Assembly: GCA_050253075.1 (NCBI GenBank)
Contig: JBFWJS010000002.1
Span: forward strand, 224,001-288,000
Source of the DNA: Deferribacterales bacterium
GTDB lineage: Bacteria > Chrysiogenota > Deferribacteres > Deferribacterales > Geovibrionaceae
DNA: 64,000 nucleotides
Direction: 5' to 3'
Program-made: the position numbers and the translations under genes
Part shown: one piece after another, positions 59,164 through 64,000 of the stretch
Numbering within the stretch: the stretch's first letter is position 1
Layout: the number at the start of each line of letters is the position of its first letter
The notes under the pieces: generated by a model
Seen by the model: the letters and a program-made list of their open reading frames with translations, nothing else
Database searches by the model: none
What the model was told of the DNA's origin: nothing

Positions 59164-60972
59164 TTATACTTTTTTGAGGCTAATTCGGAAAGATGTCTCA
59201 CCTTCATAGCATGTTACGGTCAATTTCCCGCCCATGTGGCGTTCCAGAACAGTTTTAGCCATGTAGAGTCCGAGTCCGACCCCCTGCCCTTCATCCTTAG
59301 TGGAAAAGAACGGGTTGAATATCATGTCCATGTCTTCATTTCTGATGCCGGAGCCGTTGTCTGTGATATCTAAGGTGAGCTCGGAGTCGTGCTCGGTGAG
59401 GCGTATCTTTATCTCTCCGCCGCCCTTTTCGCCGTATTTTTCTTCCACAGCGTCCATAGCGTTGAAGATGATGTTCATAAGCGACTGCTTGAACTCATTC
59501 ACAGGCCCGTGGACACAAAGCCCCTCGCACCCGCATTTGTCTATCTCGTCAAACTTTTTATATCCGAATTTATAATCGGTGCAGTCAGCGGAAAAGAGCA
59601 TCTTCACGCCGTTTGCCTTCAGCGAAGAATCCAGAAGGGAGACTATATCACACACCACCTCTGCCACACGGATATCCTTCGAGTCTTCCGACGGTTTATA
59701 GAAAGCCTTGTAGGAGTCGATGGAATCCGAAAGGTTTTTAAGTAGTATCAGGCTGGTCTTCTCAAATTGCTTTATGTATTCCTCGTCCAGCTCCCCCGAA
59801 CGGTATGCATCCATGACATCCTGTATGTAGAGCCCGACGGCATTAATAGGCTGACGCCAGTGATGCGCCAGAGCAGACAGCATCTGCCCCATGTCTGCCA
59901 CCTTCTTCTGCTGATTGATGATGATGTCTTTCTCTCTGTTGTTTTCAACTTCCTGCTTTATGCGGTCTTCGAGCCCGATGTTTGTCATCACCAGCTCATT
60001 CAGGATGACCTTATGCTCTATCTCCAGCTCTTCGATGGATTTGACAAAGCCTTTGCGTATCACATACATAACGACAAATATGCCGCACACGCCGATAATT
60101 GCCATATATATAATGTGACCAAAGAACCATGAGTGCAGACTGCTCCGCTCGGCGAAAAAGACATAGTCGCCTATCTTTTCCCCTTTATAGTTCTTGAGTG
60201 CAAATTCTTTTATGATCTCAAAGTCTTTCCCCTCGAGGCGGACATAGCTTATCCCCTTTTCGGCACGAAACTGCTTTACGAAGATATCCAGAGGCATCCC
60301 CGTATTGTTGTAATATTCGGTAATACCGCCCACGGTGGGGAGCACTGCGGGGTTATAGGCTGCGTGCTCTTTATCAACCAGCACGAGGGTCTTGATACCG
60401 GCGATGCTCTCGATGCGCTTGGCGAAAAAGCTGATGTGCACACCTGTCTCAATGAATCCCGCAAAGCCGTTTTTAAACAGCACAGGCTGGACATGACGCA
60501 GGAAGAGACCCTTTCGCCCCATCTCTATCCCCTGTACGGATCTGTTCTCTCTCATGGCGGTAGCTATCATCCCTCTGTCGGCTATGGAGTCCCCGTATCT
60601 TTCGGGAGCCTGCGCACGGTATATGACATCGCCTTCTTTTGTGATGAAGTTCAGTACCATACCCGAACGGGAAAATACCATATCAATATATGAGTAATAC
60701 CTTTTAGAAATCTTACCGAGGGCTTCCCTGTCTTGCTTAACAAAGGCTTCTGCGAGCTCTTTATCACTGAGGAGGAAGCCGGTGCTGGAACGCAGCAGCA
60801 TAAGTATACGCATAGGGAAGTTTTCGTAATAATTCTCTACTATGCTGACCTGCTCTTTGTGCAGCAGCTCAGTATTTCGGTTAAACTGATACCATTGCTC
60901 TGCTATGTAATAGGTGAAAGCAACAAGAGTAATGGCCATTGTGATGTATAGAGTTTTTGATTTTATGCTCAT
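59164..60972 (-). CDS. Orphan Cache-domain sensor histidine kinase
   Basis: 2 TM with a double-Cache-like periplasmic region; H-box AHHWRQP, NIIFNA.DA, DNGSGI, GVGLGL. Confidence 0.88.
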   Translation of the reverse strand: MSIKSKTLYITMAITLVAFTYYIAEQWYQFNRNTELLHKEQVSIVENYYENFPMRILMLLRSSTGFLLSDKELAEAFVKQDREALGKISKRYYSYIDMVFSRSGMVLNFITKEGDVIYRAQAPERYGDSIADRGMIATAMRENRSVQGIEMGRKGLFLRHVQPVLFKNGFAGFIETGVHISFFAKRIESIAGIKTLVLVDKEHAAYNPAVLPTVGGITEYYNNTGMPLDIFVKQFRAEKGISYVRLEGKDFEIIKEFALKNYKGEKIGDYVFFAERSSLHSWFFGHIIYMAIIGVCGIFVVMYVIRKGFVKSIEELEIEHKVILNELVMTNIGLEDRIKQEVENNREKDIIINQQKKVADMGQMLSALAHHWRQPINAVGLYIQDVMDAYRSGELDEEYIKQFEKTSLILLKNLSDSIDSYKAFYKPSEDSKDIRVAEVVCDIVSLLDSSLKANGVKMLFSADCTDYKFGYKKFDEIDKCGCEGLCVHGPVNEFKQSLMNIIFNAMDAVEEKYGEKGGGEIKIRLTEHDSELTLDITDNGSGIRNEDMDMIFNPFFSTKDEGQGVGLGLYMAKTVLERHMGGKLTVTCYEGETSFRISLKKV

Positions 60973-61114
60973 TCTACAGCCTTGTATCTAATCTTATGAA
61001 TCTTAACACACATTTATATCTATACGCATATGAAATGATCATATGATATTATTTTAATTGTATGCCCTATAAACTGGTATATAATCTCACTGTACTCCGA
61101 TAATTCACAATAAG

Positions 61115-62275
61115 GTGATGACCATGAAAACAGCCGTCTCTTTTGCTATAGTCGTGTTGCTTGTTTTATCACTCTCTTTTGTCTCTGCAAACATGTGGGG
61201 GGGCAAGCCCGAGAAGCTCCCTGATGACCTGAAGCTGAACATAACATCCGAAATGACCGTGGGAGAATTCATCAGCGCAAACGGCATGGAAAAGCCATTC
61301 GCCAAGAACCTGCTCGGGCTGACATCACCGACAGACCTTGAAAGGAAACTCACAGACTTCGGCTCGCCCGAAGATATCCAAATGAAATATAAACAGTCCG
61401 CATCGCTGAAAGCAGAGAGCGAATCAAAAAACTGGGTTAAGATACCGCTGAAATTTGCCCTTTGGTTAGTCTTCCTCATCACGGCATTCATACTGCTGAA
61501 AAAAAGAAAGATAAAAGCATCAAACAGAAAATGGATATATGCAGCATCATTCGCCGTATTCGGCATCATACTCGGCTCCGACCCCAGCCCGATGGGCACG
61601 GTGAAGGACGCCGTCTACCTCTATGGGAAGGCTGGCGTGATATTCCCGCCGAGGATGGTCGCCCTTAGTGTTTTCCTGCTGACAGTGCTCTTTGCGAATA
61701 AATTCATATGCTCATGGGGATGCCAGCTCGGCACTCTGCAGGACTTTATATTCAGACTCGGACGTAATAAGAAAGACACGGGCGAAGGCGCAGTGGCACA
61801 GTATAAAGTGCCATTCGTCACCACAAACGCCATCAGACTGCTGGTATTCGGAGCTATGTTTTATTCGGCTTTTGTATATGCCGCCGACATCTTCGCAGGG
61901 TATGACCCGTTCAAGATATTCAGCCCGAAGGCCGTCACCCTATCAGGCGGAATATTCATCGCCTTTATACTCGTCCTCTCACTCTTCACATACAGACCGT
62001 GGTGCAGCATGTTCTGCCCGTTCGGTTTTGTGGGGTGGATAGTTGAAAAGCTGAGTACATTCAGGATAAAAGTAAAATACGATACATGCATAGCCTGCGG
62101 TAAATGCGCAGACTCGTGCCCGTCGACAGTGATGGAAGCAATACTGAAACAGGACAAGCTGACCATACCGGACTGCTTCTCATGCGGTACATGCATAGAG
62201 GTATGCCCGACAAAGTCCGTGGAGTTCGCCCCCGGAAAGAGGGACAGAGTTCCCGAAAAGAAATTTGAAAGATAA
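61115..62275 (+). CDS. Membrane 4Fe-4S binding protein (NapH/MauN/RdxA-like)
   Basis: CSWGCQLG and CSMFCPFG motifs between TMs; two CxxCxxCxxxCP motifs. Start may be 61118 or 61124. Confidence 0.85.
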   Translation: MMTMKTAVSFAIVVLLVLSLSFVSANMWGGKPEKLPDDLKLNITSEMTVGEFISANGMEKPFAKNLLGLTSPTDLERKLTDFGSPEDIQMKYKQSASLKAESESKNWVKIPLKFALWLVFLITAFILLKKRKIKASNRKWIYAASFAVFGIILGSDPSPMGTVKDAVYLYGKAGVIFPPRMVALSVFLLTVLFANKFICSWGCQLGTLQDFIFRLGRNKKDTGEGAVAQYKVPFVTTNAIRLLVFGAMFYSAFVYAADIFAGYDPFKIFSPKAVTLSGGIFIAFILVLSLFTYRPWCSMFCPFGFVGWIVEKLSTFRIKVKYDTCIACGKCADSCPSTVMEAILKQDKLTIPDCFSCGTCIEVCPTKSVEFAPGKRDRVPEKKFER

Positions 62276-62287
62276 CAATTATATAAA

Positions 62288-62334
62288 GTCATTCTGAGCA
62301 TACCTACCAGATTCTTCGTTTCGCTCAGAATGAC
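62288..62334. repeat. Compact REP-like hairpin between convergent genes
   Basis: GTCATTCTGAGC...GCTCAGAATGAC, 12-bp perfect stem. Confidence 0.85.
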
Positions 62335-62351
62335 CGTTACCCATTTTCGTT

Positions 62352-63296
62352 TTATGCTATACCGAGGACGATCTTGCCTCTGGTGTGCCCCGACTCTATG
62401 TCTTTATGAGCCTGCACAGCCTGATCCATCGAATATATAGCCGAGATGAACACACGGATGAACCCGCCGTCCACCAGATCTGCCAGCTTATTCAGCCCTT
62501 CCTTCGACAGCCCGACCTTCACTCCTTTCACATTCAGCCCCTTTGCCTCGCCCGCTTTTATCACACGCTCGGCTGTCACTGTGGGCACTGTGACCATCAT
62601 CCCCTCGGGCTTTAAAACCTCCAGAGACTTCTCACCGACTTCAAAGCCCATGTTATCGAGGATAAAGTCGAAAGGCTCAGACTCCGCGAAATCTCTGACC
62701 TTATAATCTATCACCTCGTCTGCGCCGAGTTCCTCTAGGAAAGACCTGTTGTGCGACGATGCGGTACAAACCACATACGCCCCCTTCATCTTCGCAAACT
62801 GGACAGCCAGATGCCCCACACCGCCCGCAGCGGCATGTATCAGAACCCTGTCGCCCTCTTTCACATTCCCCACGTCAAACATCGCCTGCCATGCCGTCTG
62901 CCCCGCAACAGGCAGCCCCGATGCATAGAGCAGCTCGATATTCTCCGGTGCTTTCGCCACTATGGATTCCTTCGCTACGGTGTATTCGGCATAGGCGCCG
63001 CATTTATTCAGAAACTCCAGCCTTGCGAAGACTCTGTCGCCCGCCTGAAACTCTGTCACGGCGGAGCCGACCTCCTCCACGATGCCCGCAGCATCCAGAC
63101 CGGGTATCCACGGCATATGATCCTTCACTGCTTCCGCCACAAAGCCCATACCTTTGCGTGTCTTCCCGTCCACGGGGTTTACCCCTGCTCCGTATACTTT
63201 TATAAGAACCTCGTCTGCTCCGACGGCAGGTTTATCTATCTCGCTAACTTTTAAAACATCAGCCTCGCCGAAATTGTCCACAATCACTGCTTTCAT
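62352..63296 (-). CDS. NADP-dependent oxidoreductase (MDR/zeta-crystallin-like)
   Basis: AGVNPVD.K, PG.DAAG, GAYAEY, HAAAGGVG, GHTRGKIV. Start moved to ATG 63296 (GGAGG RBS). Confidence 0.9.
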   Translation of the reverse strand: MKAVIVDNFGEADVLKVSEIDKPAVGADEVLIKVYGAGVNPVDGKTRKGMGFVAEAVKDHMPWIPGLDAAGIVEEVGSAVTEFQAGDRVFARLEFLNKCGAYAEYTVAKESIVAKAPENIELLYASGLPVAGQTAWQAMFDVGNVKEGDRVLIHAAAGGVGHLAVQFAKMKGAYVVCTASSHNRSFLEELGADEVIDYKVRDFAESEPFDFILDNMGFEVGEKSLEVLKPEGMMVTVPTVTAERVIKAGEAKGLNVKGVKVGLSKEGLNKLADLVDGGFIRVFISAIYSMDQAVQAHKDIESGHTRGKIVLGIA

Positions 63297-63392
63297 CAGA
63301 TCCTCCGGTTTATCGTGCCGTTGCACAACTATATATTTTGCGATAATATCAATGTAATACATACAATCTGAGGTAACAAGGGAGGTTTTTTA

Positions 63393-63740
63393 ATGTTTGT
63401 CGACAGCCTTAAATTCATAAAAAGAACACCTATGGACATGCCCGGCGCAGTGAACGTGATGAAGCAGGTGGCAGTGGGTAAAGAAGAAGGTTGGGAAGAC
63501 CATGTGATGCGTGTCTTCACCATCACCGAAATGGGCAACACTCCAAAGCACGCCCACGACTGGCCCCACATAAACTACATTATCAAAGGCGAAGGCATAC
63601 TCTTCATGGACGGGAAGGAAAACCCTGTCTCTGAGGGGGATGTCGCATTCGTACCTTCAAATGTGGAGCACCAGTTCAAAAGCACCACAGAGGGCGAATT
63701 CACATTTATCTGCATTGTTCCAAACAGGGGCGAGTATTAA
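63393..63740 (+). CDS. Cupin-2 domain protein
   Basis: TPKHAHDWPHINY...VPSNVEHQF...FICIVP; GGGAGG RBS. Confidence 0.88.
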   Translation: MFVDSLKFIKRTPMDMPGAVNVMKQVAVGKEEGWEDHVMRVFTITEMGNTPKHAHDWPHINYIIKGEGILFMDGKENPVSEGDVAFVPSNVEHQFKSTTEGEFTFICIVPNRGEY

Positions 63741-63803
63741 ACCTTGTCAAATATTGCTGAACAGATATAATCAGCTAACATTATTTATACAATGGAGGTC
63801 TTA

Positions 63804-64000
63804 ATGGACTCAAATAAGGGGATGAAAAGAAGAGATTTCCTCAAAAAAGCCGGAGTTACGGCTGCCGCTGCCACTGCAGCATTCGCAGCACCCAATGTAC
63901 ATGCTAAACCAAAAAGCTATAAATGGAAAATGGTGACAACATGGGCACCGCACTTCCCTGTTCTGGGCGAAGGCGCAGACCTTGTCGCCAAGTGGATCAC
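63804..64000 (+). CDS. TRAP transporter substrate-binding protein (DctP/TakP-like), Tat-exported, partial
   Basis: Hand translation MDSNKGMKRRDFLKKAG...APNVHAKPKSYKWKMVTTWAPHFPVLGEGA; GGAGG RBS; runs off the window. Confidence 0.85.
   Translation, partial: MDSNKGMKRRDFLKKAGVTAAAATAAFAAPNVHAKPKSYKWKMVTTWAPHFPVLGEGADLVAKWI

Noticed and set aside
1..64000. Selenoprotein genes, SECIS elements or tRNA-Sec near selAB
   Set aside because: The TGA stops I examined fall at natural protein ends, and no tRNA cloverleaf was seen. This was a check by eye only.

Overview
A 64 kb chromosomal window of core and signalling genes from an anaerobic, flagellated, selenocysteine-using bacterium. Gene content and style suggest Deferribacterota (Denitrovibrio-like), but this is an inference. 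Housekeeping and metabolic genes: dprA (partial), selA-selB-uvrB-PBP1A-NtrB-like kinase, purC, mtaB coupled to a CoA-persulfide reductase-rhodanese, glnD, sdhCDAB, a 2-oxoacid:ferredoxin oxidoreductase pair, cytochrome c peroxidase, peroxiredoxin, proVWX, typA and a partial TRAP DctP. Signalling genes: three chemoreceptors plus a decayed fourth, four histidine-kinase-like proteins, a BaeR-like regulator and a 1057-aa STAND/SARP-type regulator. No CRISPR, prophage, transposase, rRNA or tRNA was found. The most interesting signals are non-coding. (1) Two copies of a 215-bp TTAA-flanked MITE carry REP-like palindromes and sit at the centre of terminator-like palindromes. (2) A structured, terminated ~120-nt candidate sRNA diverges from the STAND/SARP regulator behind a SARP-style direct-repeat promoter. 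(3) A second candidate sRNA diverges from the BaeSR-like pair. (4) There is a BIME-like REP mosaic with a 175-bp tandem duplication. All calls come from reading motifs by eye; no database searches were run.
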